A stretch of 64,000 nucleotides of DNA from Octopus vulgaris (Eukaryota): assembly GCA_951406725.2 (NCBI GenBank), contig OX597816.1:53754001-53818000 (forward strand). The letters are read 5' to 3'. The notes below the pieces were generated by a model. It was not told where the DNA came from. It did not search any database and was given only the letters and a program-made list of their open reading frames with translations. Of this stretch, positions 49,570 to 63,129 are shown piece by piece; positions within the stretch are counted from its first letter, which is position 1, and the number at the start of each line of letters is the position of its first letter. Both the position numbers and the translations under genes were made by a program.

Positions 49570-50292
49570 TTGCATGGTGCTTGTTCCGTGTTGGGTCACC
49601 AATTATAGATAGTGGTCCATGGTGCTCTACCCATGTCGCATCACCAATTATGGATAGTGGTCCATGGTGTGTGTTCCACCTTGGGTTACCAATAATAGAT
49701 ATTGGTCCATGGTGCGTGTTCCACGTTAGGTTACCAATTATAGATAGTGGTCCATGATGCATGTATTACGCCACATCAAGAATTATAGATAGTGGTACGT
49801 GGTGCATGTTCCGTGTTGGGTCACCAATTATAGATAGTGGTCCGTGGTGCATGTTCCATGTCAGGTTACCAATTATAGATAGTGGTCCGTGGTGAGTGTT
49901 CCATGTCAGGTCACCAATTATAGATAGTGGTCCGTGGTGCATGTTCCATGTCAGGTCACCAATTATAGATAGTGGTCCGTGGTACATGTTCCGTGTCAGG
50001 TCACCAATTATAAATAAGGGTCCGTGGTGCATGTTCCGTGTCAGGTCACCAATTATAGATAGTGGTTCATGGTGCTTGTTCCATGTCAGGTCACCAATTA
50101 TAGATAAGGGTCCGTGGTGCATGTTCCGTGTCAAGTCACCAATTATAGATAGTGATCCATGGTGAGTGTTCCATGCCGGGTCACCAATTATAGATAGTGG
50201 TCCGTGGTGCTTGTTCCTTGTCAGATCACAATTATAGATAGTGTTCCATGGTGCGTGTTCCATGTCGGGTTACCAATTATTGATAGTGGTCC
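49570..50292. repeat. 45-bp minisatellite, ~16 copies; 2-3 inverted copies at 48811-48925
   Basis: Unit tcaccaattatagatagtggtccgtggtgcatgttccatgtcagg. The reverse complement atctataattggtg occurs at ~48818 and ~48863. Confidence 0.93.
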
Positions 50293-52158
50293 AATTAACG
50301 ATGGGCAAGTTGATGTGTAGTGTAGCCATCTTTTAACGACTCATATCATAAGGCTGAAATAATACATATAATATGCCAGTTGGAAAAGACAGAGATACAA
50401 CAGCATAGAAAGCTTATAAAAGATTTATTGATATATTTACATGCATCTGTGTGGGTTGTATGTTTGCTGTTAACCATGGTGAAGTAGTTCATGGACAGAG
50501 CTATTTTAGAACCTGGTGCCGTGTACATAGAGATGTTGTTGACGACGTTGGTGAGAGATATGATGGTGGTGACGAAGATGGAGGTTACTGTAATGGTGTT
50601 GGACAGGTGTTATCTGGTGTTGTCGCTGGAACTGGCTGTGTCGTGTGGTCCGTGGCTAGACCTTAGAAGGTCTGGAACCAAAGACCTCAAGATGAAGAGA
50701 AGTTGAGTTTTTATAGATAACAGTAGGCTAAAACTGGGGTTGAGAATAGACTGTCCCATGTGATTTAGTTGGAGGCTGCAATTGGTTAGGTTGCACATTG
50801 GGGCGCTAGAGTAAAAGACAAATTGCACCAATAGCAACCAATCAGAGTGGTGGATACAATGGAGTCCAAATAGCGGCCAAAGGTTAGCTGTTATCTGCTA
50901 CGTTTGGATGTATGTCTATATAATAAAGGAGAGAGGAATTTCACTCGAGTGTACACTACAAAGGTAATGCTTGTTTTCTCGCTGTGGTTTCTGTAGTGAA
51001 AGAGGTTGTATGGAGGACTCGTATGAAAGGAGTTGCAACAGGCATCTCTACCTACAGCCTTGCACTGGTGAATTTCTTTGTTTTCCGTCCAAAAAGGAAG
51101 ATAAGGCTGGAGAGGTAATGCCTGTTTCCTGATATATATGGGAAAAGATGGAAGGCTGTCATACACATGGCTAAGAATGAATGATTCTACTTAAGTGTAT
51201 TCATAAGGATAACAAAAGGTTTGAGTGGTAGTATGGGACTTGTGGGGGGTCGAAGCAGAACCTATCCCCCACTCCATTGTATTATCATTGTAATGTCCAT
51301 CATCCGATTTATTTCTAAATTTTAAACTGTCATATTTATGTTTGATCATTCGTTGTATTACCCCCTTCCCTCATTTGTCTTGTCCCCTCTATATGTACTT
51401 CAGGTATGCAATAAAGAATTTACCATTCGCTTCCCTCGCTTTTGTGTTGGTTTGTCTACTTTGTGTCAGTTAGTGCTTATTGTGTACTATTTTTGTTAAA
51501 ATTTGTGTTGTTGAACTGTTGTTGTAGTGTTTTTCAAACGCTTTGTTTTCTGTTTACAGAAGATTTTAATGTTTTCCCCATTGTTTGAAGGGGGAAAATA
51601 TTATTTTTATTATAATTTTTGCGGGGTGTTTATGAAAATGGACAAGTTTCCCGTTAAAGACAAGTCTACCATGGAACCAACTACAAGTCGAGGTACGAAG
51701 AAAGCTTCGACCAACAATGGAAAAAAAGAAACTGAGAAAGCAGTTTTTATTAAATATGCCAATGGGCGAGGAAAAAAAAAACAACTTTGCCGCAGCCACT
51801 GGTGTTGCCCTCAAGAGTTTAAAGTATGACCAGGAAGAACTGATGAAGTGCAAAGGAATGTTGAAAAGTGACGGGAACGTAACAAAAGTTACCCCTCCCA
51901 GCAAGACAACACACAAGTCGCAACACTGTACAGTCATTTATAAAATGTTTGTAATGAGAACGAAAACTGGGCTCGGTGAGCAAGGAAGCCGTGGAACTAT
52001 GTCTACGACTTATATGGAACGACGTGGCATACCTCACATGGGGGTCAAAATATGCCATGGTCAAAGTCTGATTTAAAACGGAAGAGGATGCCCTGCAAGC
52101 ATCAACAGAACCTCTGAAAACACCAGAGGTGGTGCTCTTGTCCACATATTTTGGAAGA

Positions 52159-55100
52159 GAGAGAATTCGCCGGAGAAATCTAATATCCGAACTGAAGATG
52201 AGAAAACAGATGGGAGAGAAGGGTTTACGCATCCAAGATGGATAAATAATCAAGTCCTACCTCTGGTCGCATGCTGTAGTGCTGACAGGGAAAGTGAATC
52301 GAGGGCGAATCGAAGTAAAGTAGATACCCCCGTCAACGATGCTATCTCTGATACCCTTTATTCTGCTTGTTCCCCAATTCCCACCCCTCAAACTTCACTG
52401 CTCAGCATTGTCTATACCAACTCGCGCTCCTTATTTCCAAAGTTCAGCGAACTATTTACACTGGCCATGCGTGATTCCCCTGATGTGATAGCTATCACCG
52501 AGACTTGACTGACTCCAGCAGTAAAGGATTCGGAAATCCACCTACTGGGCTACGCCCTCTTCAGATGTGACAGAGAAAAAAGGCGAGTGGAGGTGTTGCT
52601 GTGTATGTTAAATCTGATCTCAAACCGTCCAGCGGTATTCTACCCACTAATGCTCAACCTACAACAAAATTCGATGCCGTCTATTGCAAGCTGAGCCTAT
52701 CCGGGTTTTGCCTGCCCGTGTTAGCTGTCTACAGGCCGCCTCTTGCCGACCCCCAGGACGATGCTCATTTACTCGAAGCGATAAGATTCGTTTCAGCTTC
52801 TCATGACTGTTTGATATTAGGAGACTTCAACGCTCCCACGATCGATTGGCCCGCATCAATTTGTACATCATCTTTCCGGTTTGGCCAGGCCCTTCTTGAC
52901 GTGGCTGAAGATTGTTTTCTATCGCAACATGTTGAATATCCGACAAGGCATCGGTCTGGACAGCAGCCATCTATGCTGGATCTGGTATTCTCCCGCTATC
53001 CAAGATCAGTGTCAGACGTATCTGTGTGCGCCCCTCTTGCCAAGAGTGATCATGCGGTCTTGAAGTTCGTCATGCACATAACTTTTTCTACGCCCACGAC
53101 TACTTCGCTGCCACGTAGAGTCTTCTCTGCAATTAATCTTGAAATTCTAACCGAGGCCTCCGCGCTTCTGGACTGGCGATCCCTGATGACGTTGTCCTTA
53201 GTTGACGAACTATGGTCGTCCCTCAAAGCATATGTAATCTGGTTGACTGACCAAGCAGTTCCCGTTGGGCTTTCCAAGAAGAAGAAGAAACACAAGCCCT
53301 GGGTGACGAAGAAGGTTAAACGAGAACTTCGACTCAGAGATATTGCTTGGGCTGAATTCAAAAATCTGGATTCGACTGCAGCTTTTGAGGTGTACAAAAC
53401 TCAACGAGACCGAACCGTGAAAATTGAAAAGGAAGAACGCTTCAGATATGAATACAGAATCGCGGCAAACGCCAGTAGCAATCCAAAAACCTTCTTTGCC
53501 CATGTCCAACGGAATTCCCGCTTGAACAACCAAATTGCAACGTTGGTAGACTCAACCGGCCGTATCGATTGAGGACCCTTATCAACAGAGTCAATTATTT
53601 GCCGAGGCTTTTTCAGCTATTTTCAAACAAGATGATGGTTGTGAATCCCCTCCATTTGATAGATCGGTACCTCCAATGCTTCGATTGGTCATCACGCGGG
53701 ACGAAGTCGAACGTGTTATTCAAGGCCTCGATGTCAAGGGTCACGGGACCCTGACGGCATACACCCATGGGTTATCAAAGCGTTGGCTCCGGTCATCTGC
53801 GAGCCCTTAACACGTCTATTAAATATGTCATTGGCGACGGGTGTTATACCTGCGGACTGGAGAACAGCGATAATCTGCCCAATTTTCAAGAAAGGGAGCC
53901 GCGAAGACCCGCTTAACTACCGACCGGTTTCCCTTACATCAATAATCAGCAAGATGTTCGAAACCATCCTTAAGAAAAGTATGATGCTCCACCTCCAAAA
54001 CACAGCCTCTATCTCCGATTCCCAACACGGCTTCGTGCCGAAGAGATCATGCTTGACCAACTTACTGGTAATGGAAGAATTGGTGACGCGCATCCTCGAT
54101 GATAGTGATGCTGTTGACATCGTTTTATTGGACTTTGCCAAAGCTTTGACTCGGTAAACCACCGCCTATTACTTGTCAAGCTTCAAGCATATAGTTTCCA
54201 TCCGGATATTGTACGATAGGTTGGTGCCTTCCTCTCAGATCGCTCCTTCCAAGTCCAAGTTAATGGTTCGCGGTCCGACGTCTCCAGTGCGAGCAGTGGC
54301 GTGCCTCAAGGTTCAGTGCTTGGGCCCTTATGGTTCTTAGTCTTCATAAATGACTTGCCCGACGACCTCACGCAACACACCCTTCTATTTGCCGACGATG
54401 TCAAACTGGTCGCTCCTCGCGGTGATATAGAAGATCTTCGTCGATGCCTCCACCAAATTTGGGACCTGTGTCTGAACGTGTCAAAGTGCTGTCATCTGCC
54501 TGTTGGCTCTCCTCCTGCAACTCAACTTGATTTCGAGCCGGGTCGTCTGCTGCTGGAGAGGACCGATCAGGTAAAGGACCTAGGTATCTTGGTGGATTCC
54601 TCCTTTTCGCCTTCGACCCAGTGCGTCCATGCTGCCAACAAAGCACGCGGAGTTCTGTTCTTGATTCGACGGTCATTCGGAATGCTCACAGCAGCCATAT
54701 TCCTACCTCTCTATGTCACGCTGGTGAGACCCATATTGGAGTACGGGATTCAAGCCTCTTCTCTTTATCTCCTCAAAGACATACAGCATCTCGAAAGAGT
54801 CCAGAAGCTGGCTACCCGCATGGTTCTTGGTCTCAAGAATTTGTCTTATGAAGAAAGGCTGAAGACGCTCGACCTTTATTCTCTAGAAAAACGACGACGC
54901 CGTGGTGATCTCATTCTTGCTCACAACATCATAAGCGAAAAGTGTAACCTCTCGAAGGAGCTGTTCTTCACTCCTGCTCCAGAGCGTCGGTTGCGGGGTC
55001 ACTCCAAAAAGCTCTATCTGCGACGATTTCATCTCAATTGAAGGAGAGAGGCTTTCTCTGTCCGGGTTGCGGATCCGTGGAATAAGCTGCCGGATGAGAT

Positions 55101-55234
55101 GGTGAAGATGCCGACGACCGCTCGGCCTGAAATCTTTACATGAACACCACCCTGTACATAACTTCATGTCCCCCTACATGGCCTTGCTTTTTTGCTTTTT
55201 GAGCCAAAAAAATAACTCACTAACTAACTAACTA
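52159..55234 (+). mobile_element. second CR1-clade LINE (ORF1 end, APE, RT), frameshifted
   Basis: Motifs ERIRRRNLISELKMR, ITET, GDFN, SDH, NYRPVSLTS, QHGF, PQGSVLGP, FADD and LYSLEKRRRRGDLI, with a (TAAC)n tail. Confidence 0.9.
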
Positions 55235-55387
55235 AGACGGACTTCCACGATTAGGGTGGGAGAAATACTACCTTAGGTGGACCCTGCTTGGCTGGTGGCA
55301 GCTATTACTATGAGCTTGGAAGACAAAATAACTATCTTAGGTGTTTGGTTCGGTCCAGACCTCCAGATAGAGAAGAATATATATATA

Positions 55388-57436
55388 TTGAGTTGGCAAT
55401 TAGATTCCCGCCGTTTTTTTTCCAGAATTCTATTTTTGAATCATTTTGGAATCTCTTTGGGTTTTTTTTTTCTAGTTAATTTTTGTTTATTTTCAGATCA
55501 TTAAAATGGAATATCAAGTTAAGAAAAACGGGCATTTTTCACACCTTTTTGCTTTTAATCAAGGTTCTAAGCCCGCAAAAGCTGCTCGCGATATTTATGC
55601 TGTGTATGGAGAAGGTGCCATAGCTGAAAGACCCACGCGTAATTGGTATGCCAAGTTCAAAAATGGAAATTTTGACCTCAAAGACACAATTCGTTCTGGC
55701 CGTCCAATTGAGTTCGATGAAGAGCGATTAAACCAACTTTAGCACGAAAATTCTCGTCAAACGACAAGGAAACTGGCAGAGAAAATGGAATGCTCCCACA
55801 CTGCTATAGAGAAGCTTCTTCACTCGATGGAGAAGGTTCAGAAGTATGGAGCATGGGTTCCGCATGCTTTAAGTGACAACAACAAAAATCAACGAGCCAC
55901 AATCTCCGCTGGTTTGCTTGCTCGTCACCGCTCAACTCATGGACACAAGCAACGATTTCGTGTCCGAATCGTTACTGGCAACGAAAAATGATGTCTGTAC
56001 ATCAATAAGAAGCAGCGTAAGGAATGGCTTAACCCTGATAAACAAGCGTTACCGCACGGGAAATAAGATCTTCATCCGCGTAAAACGGTGTTGTACGTAT
56101 GGTGGGACTGGGAAAGGATTATCCATTACGAATTGCTTGAACGGAACCAAACGGTCAACGCGGAACTCTATGTTCTACAGATGGAACGACTCAACACGGC
56201 TATTCAAGGGAAAAGACCTAATCGGTCTTCTTCTGCTGCACGACAACGTCCGCCCTCATATCGCCAATATGACCAAGGAAGCCATTCAAACGCATGGCTG
56301 GGAAGTGCTGCCACACCTGCCGTATTCTCCAGATTTGGCACCAACAGATTTCAATCTCTTCAAATGTTATGCGCGGAGTTTCGTTCAATTCTAACCGAGG
56401 CCTCCGCGCTTCTGGACTGGCGATCCCTGATGACGTTGTCCTTAGTTGACGAACTATGGTCGTCCCTCAAAGCATATGTAATCTGGTTGACTGACCAAGC
56501 AGTTCCCGTTGGGCTTTCCAAGAAGAAGAAGAAACACAAGCCCTGGGTGACGAAGAAGGTTAAACGAGAACTTCGACTCAGAGATATTGCTTGGGCTGAA
56601 TTCAAAAATCTGGATTCGACTGCAGCTTTTGAGGTGTACAAAACTCAACGAGACCGAACCGTGAAAATTTCAGATATGAATACAGAATCGCGGCAAACGC
56701 CAGTAGCAATCCAAAAACCTTCTTTGCCCATGTCCAACGGAATTCCCGCTTGAACAACCAAATTGCAACGTTGGTAGACTCAACCGGCCGTATCGATTGA
56801 GGACCCTTATCAACAGAGTCAATTATTTGCCGAGGCTTTTTCAGCTATTTTCAAACAAGATGATGGTTGTGAATCCCCTCCATTTGATAGATCGGTACCT
56901 CCAATGCTTCGATTGGTCATCACGCGGGACGAAGTCGAACGTGTTATTCAAGGCCTCGATGTCAAGGGTCACGGGACCCTGACGGCATACACCCATGGGT
57001 TATCAAAGCGTTGGCTCCGGTCATCTGCGAGCCCTTAACACGTCTATTAAATATGTCATTGGCGACGGGTGTTATACCTGCGGACTGGAGAACAGCGATA
57101 ATCTGCCCAATTTTCAAGAAAGGGAGCCGCGAAGACCCGCTTAACTACCGACCGGTTTCCCTTACATCAATAATCAGCAAGATGTTCGAAACCATCCTTA
57201 AGAAAAGTATGATGCTCCACCTCCATGCAGAATTGAGAGCTTGGTTGGATCAATTTTTTGAGTTCAAATCGGATGATTTCTACCAAACGAGGTATTGAAA
57301 ATATTGCTGAACTTTGGGAAGAAGTTGCAAATAACAAGGGTAAGTACATTATTGATTAATTAGTTGTTATTTTTTTATTAAACCTTTTAAAGAATTCAAA
57401 TAAAAAAAAACGGCGGAAATTTAGTTGCCAACCCAA
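55388..57436 (+). mobile_element. defective mariner carrying an 839-bp CR1-derived insert (56387-57225)
   Basis: TA flanks; TIRs ttgagttggcaattagattcccgccg / cggcggaaatttagttgccaacccaa. Motifs WVPHAL, TGNEK, HDN and YSPDLAPTD. Confidence 0.92.
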
Positions 57437-58739
57437 TATATATCAGTTACAACAATCTTACAATTTGCCCAGTATTGGTAAACACTGTGCTGCTAACAAG
57501 ACTGAAACATGGCTAGAGTTGTCAACCCAAACTTTCTTAACTAAAATGAATCATGAAGCTAATCGTTTTCTTTACTAATGAATGATCTGAATTCATTAAA
57601 ATATTGTCATTCTGTTATGTGTAGTTTCGTTCTCATACACATAGATATGAATGTGTAACACATCCTACATTCAGTATTAAACCATAAGTATTTGATAAGC
57701 ATTACCCAAGCATGGAGTAGTGGAATCAGCATATGGAACAGTACATAGCAGAAATTAACTGGCAGAGAAGTTGAGAGAAACCACGACTGCCTTCGTGGTA
57801 TTGTTGGAGTGGTTATTAGACAGAATTTATTGCGATATATGTCAGTTTGAGGAGTTTCTTTCTGGGAATGTCAACTAATCAAGATTAGTGTTTAATTAAT
57901 GATCCATTTCTGAAAGAATCCAGCCAGAGTTGAATGGTGTCCCTACCCCACCCCCATCCCGTGGCCTCACCCTACTGTAACAATTTTAACAATAACAAAT
58001 AAAGTATTTACTAACTTTTGGTGACCTTTGATGGTCAAATATCTGGACTGTTTTCATGATTTCATCAATCTGTGTGTATGTGTATATATGTTTGTGAGTC
58101 TGTGTGTGTGTGTGTGTGCGTTTCTGTGTGTATGTGTGTTTCTGTATGTGTATGTTTGTCTGTGTGTTTGTGTGTGTAGACACTTACACATACATACATA
58201 CATACATACATACATACATACATACATACATACATACATACATACATACATACATACATACATACAAATACATGTGCACACGCGCGCACACACACACACA
58301 CAGATTATACCTTCCACTCAATCAAGCGATTACTTTTCTTTGTTTAAAAGGCAAGAGGTGAGAGTTGGCAGAGAGTTAATGTGAGTCAGTGAAATAATTG
58401 ATGTGACAAGTAACCTTATCATACTCCACCACTACCACCACCACGACTACCACGTCTGGGATGTTTGTTGAATAAGGAAGAATTTCTATCCTGTGTGGTT
58501 CTTCTGCTGCCTTAGATTTCACTTTTAAATTTATAAACTTCCAGCTCTGCCTCTCTACACCCACTGTTTCCACTAATCAACCTTTCTCTAAACTACATCC
58601 TATATTTATTCTGGTATTTCTCCTTTTCTTGCCTCATAAACTGTAGGCATTGCCTTGAATGATCTCAACCATGATGACTAGTTCCAGTTCAGCCTACCTT
58701 TAATAACTATTTCATTTTTCTATGGAACGAGGCGCAAAA

Positions 58740-59109
58740 GTCCATCTCCTCCTCACCGTGGTGGGGACGCTGGCAGCGGGTAGTGTCAGAGCTATGCCAT
58801 CGGGAACTTCGGTTCCTGGTAGGACCACCGAAGGCGGATTGGTCTCACACCGAGTGGTATTAGGGCCACAACTCGGCAGACGGGGCTCTAGTGAAAATCC
58901 TCGGAGTGTCTGCTTCGGCAACCGACGGCTCCAAGGTCGTTCTGTCCCTGCGTCTGCGGACAATCTGCGGCAAACAGGATGTCTCCACATGCGGGATTGT
59001 CGGGGACCGCTTGTGAAATCCACATATTCCCACGAAACTTCTTCCATGAGTAGAAGAAGCCGACTCAACTCGCCCAGGGTGAATGTCGCCACAAGTACAA
59101 GTACAAGTA
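58740..59109 (+). mobile_element. 370-bp non-coding retroposon with RTE-type 5' UTR motif, (ACAAGT)n tail and ~10-bp TSD
   Basis: TSD aggcgcaaaa (58730-58739) / aggtgcaaaa (59110-59119). gagctatgcc...ggtaggaccacc...ggcggattggtc resembles the BovB/Expander 5' UTR. Confidence 0.65.
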
Positions 59110-59337
59110 AGGTGCAAAACCCCTAACTTATTCACTCCAGAGTATCCATATATTTAATTACTGTGACAGGGAAATCATTTAAAATTTCAATTTACGGCTA
59201 TTCTGCAGAGAAAGACAAAGGTATTGTTGGTGTGGCTATGGGTAACCTTGGTGTTGTTGATTTATTTAGCTGTATGAAGCTCCTCCATGCTTTCAGATAC
59301 CTTCTCTATTCAAGAGCCTCAGCCGAAAGCTTTAAGT

Positions 59338-59640
59338 TCATCTCTTCTCGCTACATGCTCTCCTTTCCATCTCTTCTCGCTACATGCTCTCCTTTCCATC
59401 TCTTCTCGCTACATGCTCTCCTTTCCTTCTCTCCTTTCTATATGCTCTCCTTTCCATCTCTCCTTGCTACAGTCTCTCCTTTCCATCTCTTCTTTCTACA
59501 TACTCTCCTTTCCATCTCTCCTTGCTACATTCTCTCCTTTCCATCTCTTCTTTCTACATACTCTCCTTTCCATCTCTCCTTTCTACATGCTCATCTTTCC
59601 ATCTCTTCTTTCTACATACTCTCCTTTCCATCTCTCCTTG
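59338..59640. repeat. 29-bp pyrimidine-rich minisatellite, ~10 copies
   Basis: Unit tctcttctcgctacatgctctcctttcca. Confidence 0.92.
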
Positions 59641-60031
59641 CCTTCATTTCATGTGACACACACATCCGTTGCTTTCCTCACAACACTCACTTTACCACAT
59701 CATCTCCTTTTTAAGTATTGTCTCAACCTCTTCAAGTGTTTTTTTTATTCCAGTCCATTAACAAATGCCCCACACTGTGTATGGGTCTAAATGTTATGAC
59801 CTCATCTCCTCTTACTCACCATTAAACGGTGAATAATACAGTGAAGCCACATGATACAACAGTGCCATTCACCAATGCTGTCAAAATATCACCAACCAAT
59901 GTTATCTGTGCTTCTTTGTATTTGTAGTCTCCACAAGATGATTTCTCAAGATGTTTACCACAGAGAAATCTGTGTTATTCACAGTAGACATTATGAATAA
60001 CTCATCCAAGTAAGGTTAGATGTGCTGAATA

Positions 60032-60400
60032 ATCATCATCATCATCATCATCATCGTTTAATGTCCGTTTTCCGTACTAGCACGGGTTGGACGGTTCGAT
60101 CGGGGTCTGGGAAGCCAGGAGGCTGCACCAGGCTCCAGTCTGATCTGGCAGTGTTTCTACAGCTGGATGCCTTTCCTAACACCAACCACTCCGTGAGTGT
60201 AGTGGGTGCTTTTTACGTGCCACCGGCACAGAAGCCAGTCAAGGCGGCGCTGGCATCAGCCACGTTCGGATGGTGCTTTTTACGTGCCACCGGCACAGGT
60301 ATCACAACTACAATTTCCATTTGATATTTATTTTGATATTGATGTACTTGACTCAATAGGTCTCCTCAAGCACAAACAGGTCACCCTATGATCCAAGGTA
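60032..60400 (-). mobile_element. RTE 3'-end fragment with (GAT)n tail
   Basis: Same 3' UTR as 12597-12860 and 20612-20885. Confidence 0.85.
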
Positions 60401-61413
60401 AGCATTCATTACAAAAGCTGCTTCTGATGCTAATAGCTAATAGTTACCTAACATGAGGGAAGTGCAGGAGAAGGAGAGAAAGAGAGTGGGAGACAGCAGG
60501 ATAGAGATGGTGGCAAAGTGATAAATGACTGAAAGCCAGGGCAGAGAAAGCATAGAATACGTATGTGTCTGTGTGTATAATATATTCCTGAAAAAGCAAC
60601 AGAGTTTTGTCATCAATAATTTTGTAAAGATAAAGTACCAGAGAAATACTGGGCCAGTTTAATATCCTTGATGCAAATGGAATTTTGAATGAAGATTTAC
60701 ACTACTCCATGAATTTTTATCTTTAAACATCTTAGAAAATGTAGGTATAAAAGAAAATAAACTAAATAAAAGAACATTGTTGAGAATAAATTCTGAACGT
60801 TTTGGCGGGGGCTACAGTTAACAAATAAATGATGTTCGTACATCTCTAGCTCCATTGAACAAATAAATGGAGAATGTAGATAGGCCAGAGAGGTAAACAG
60901 TGTCTCCATTTGTAAAATATTGGCAGACAATGTGAGAATTGTGAAATAGTTGAAGATAAAAAGATACAGTTGTATTGGTGTTTGTTGCTGGCCGGAGTTG
61001 TCACAATATCAGAACTGTTGTTTCAAGTGGAAATTACAGCCATCATTAGAAATGTGGTATCTGAGTATAGGACCATTACCGCTAGTCCCCTTTTATGAAA
61101 ACATGTTAAAAATATCTTGGAATTATTTCTCCACTGTTTATTCAGACTGTTTCAAATGATGTGAGTAAATATCGGATATTTTAACAACAGTTCACCCAGC
61201 TGTCTTCGAACCTAATGCTCTTTTCCCAATAAGATTAACAAAGAAATTTCACTTGTATCAATTCATTACAAGGCTGAGGGGAGAGAATGGAGAGAGATTG
61301 ATAGACTGAGAGACAGACAGACAGACAGACAGGTAGGTATGTATATATATGTAAATATATATATACATATGTGTGTGTGTGTGTGTGTATGTATATATGT
61401 ATATATATATATG

Positions 61414-61487
<74 letters not shown>

Positions 61488-61852
61488 TATATATAGAGAG
61501 AGAGAGAGAGAAAGAGAAAGAGTGAGTTATGTAGGTTGGTAGATAAATAGACAGACAGACAGGTAGATAAATAAATATGTTGGTAGGTAGGTAGGTAGGT
61601 ATAGAGTAAGAAAGAGAGAGATACATAGGTTAGTAGGTAGATAAAGAGATAGATAGACAGACAGACAGAAAATGAGTGACTGAAGGAATGAGTGAGTGTG
61701 TGTGCATTAGTGAATGCACATAAAAGTAAAGGGGTAGCAGGGAAAGGGGTGAAATTTACACAAATTTTCTTTAACTATTGTTCACAGTTGTTTCTATGAG
61801 TGTGTGAACATGTCCATGTAAATACTCTACAGAAACCATTTACTAAAGTTAA

Positions 61853-61896
<44 letters not shown>

Positions 61897-63129
61897 ACAG
61901 ACAGTGAGAAAGACTATAAAGTTTATGAACATTATTTCAGCTGAAGAAGTATAATAAGAGTGAAACATGTCTGAAATTGTCATCCCCTACTACTGTCAAA
62001 CATCAGGTTTACTCCTTCTTGTACGGTATACATTCTACTTTTTAATCAATTACGATGTCCACATCTGTGTCAGAAACAGTTACTAAATCTCCCTCAGATC
62101 ATACACACTGCTGCTTTGAGAAAGTACCAATCTCAAGCTGTGGCTTGACCAAACTGTTAGGTACAGTCAAACAACATGCTGCCTTGTGGTGTCTCTTTCT
62201 GTCCTTTATTGTTCTAACAGTAATTTCTGCAGTAACACTGGTGCCAAGCTGTATTGGCTCAAGTCAACAACCTTTCTCTTGGATAAACATTGGTGTGGGG
62301 GGAAGAGACTTGCTTGTATAGCTCATTGCTAGTCTTCCTCAAAATATCTTGCCCAGACCTTCATATACATGTGTAGTGACATGACCAACACTGAACAATA
62401 ATAGTTGCCTTACTTTTTTTTTTCTGGATGTTAATATTCACCACTGTTAATAACCACCAATGCCTTTTCCAATACTAATCTTTACTGTTGCTTTACCCAA
62501 TGCTAATCTTTATCTTTCAGGATGCTGATCTTTACCACTACTTTTCCCTACAATAACCTGTAGCACTGCCTTTCCTGATGTTAATCTTCATCAATTATAG
62601 CTCGTTAATGCAGCCCATTCCCAAATTAATTCTGTTTCATTTATAATTCTGCTTGTAATGACATGTTATTGAATATTTTTTTTTTTTAAACTTTAACTAT
62701 GGGACTAAATCAAAGATATAATCAATGTCTTTCTCATTATGAAATAGTGTTTTGGACTGTCCAACTAAATTAGACATTTAGCTTTTGTCCTGACAACTGT
62801 GATGTGTCACTTTGATAGTTATACTTTGCCACTGACTGACATGGTTTTTCAAACTGACGAAACACCACTATCTCCCAACCAAATATCAGAGACATATTGA
62901 TACTCATCCTCCTGACAAAACAGAGTTTACATCCATACAAATATCCTTTCTTCATTATGAGGTCCTCAGTCAGTGATTTTTTTTCTTGTTGTCACATATT
63001 CAACATACTTTTATTTTATCCAATTTTTTTTATGTTCATTCTAAAATGTAATTTTTATTTAACGACAAATCTTTACAGAAAGAAAAGAGAGAAAAGAGTA
63101 TAAAAGATTAAATCAATGAGTAAAAAAAA

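Noticed and set aside
49536-50263. ORFs with 15-aa repeats (HHGPLSIIGDLTRNM) and a CRISPR-like appearance
   Set aside because: The 45-bp unit keeps frame on both strands by arithmetic. Units are contiguous with no unique spacers, there are no cas genes, and the DNA is eukaryotic.
56088-56753. 221-aa mariner/CR1 fusion ORF as a new chimeric protein
   Set aside because: It runs through frameshifted mariner sequence into the copied CR1 piece. Catalytic motifs are out of frame, so it is a by-product of the insertion.
58712-59135. Overlapping 126-134 aa ORFs on both strands
   Set aside because: These are explained by high GC content in a short retroposon and show no recognisable domain.
59163-59790. 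Leu/Ser/Phe-rich ORFs
   Set aside because: These are translations of the 29-bp pyrimidine-rich minisatellite.
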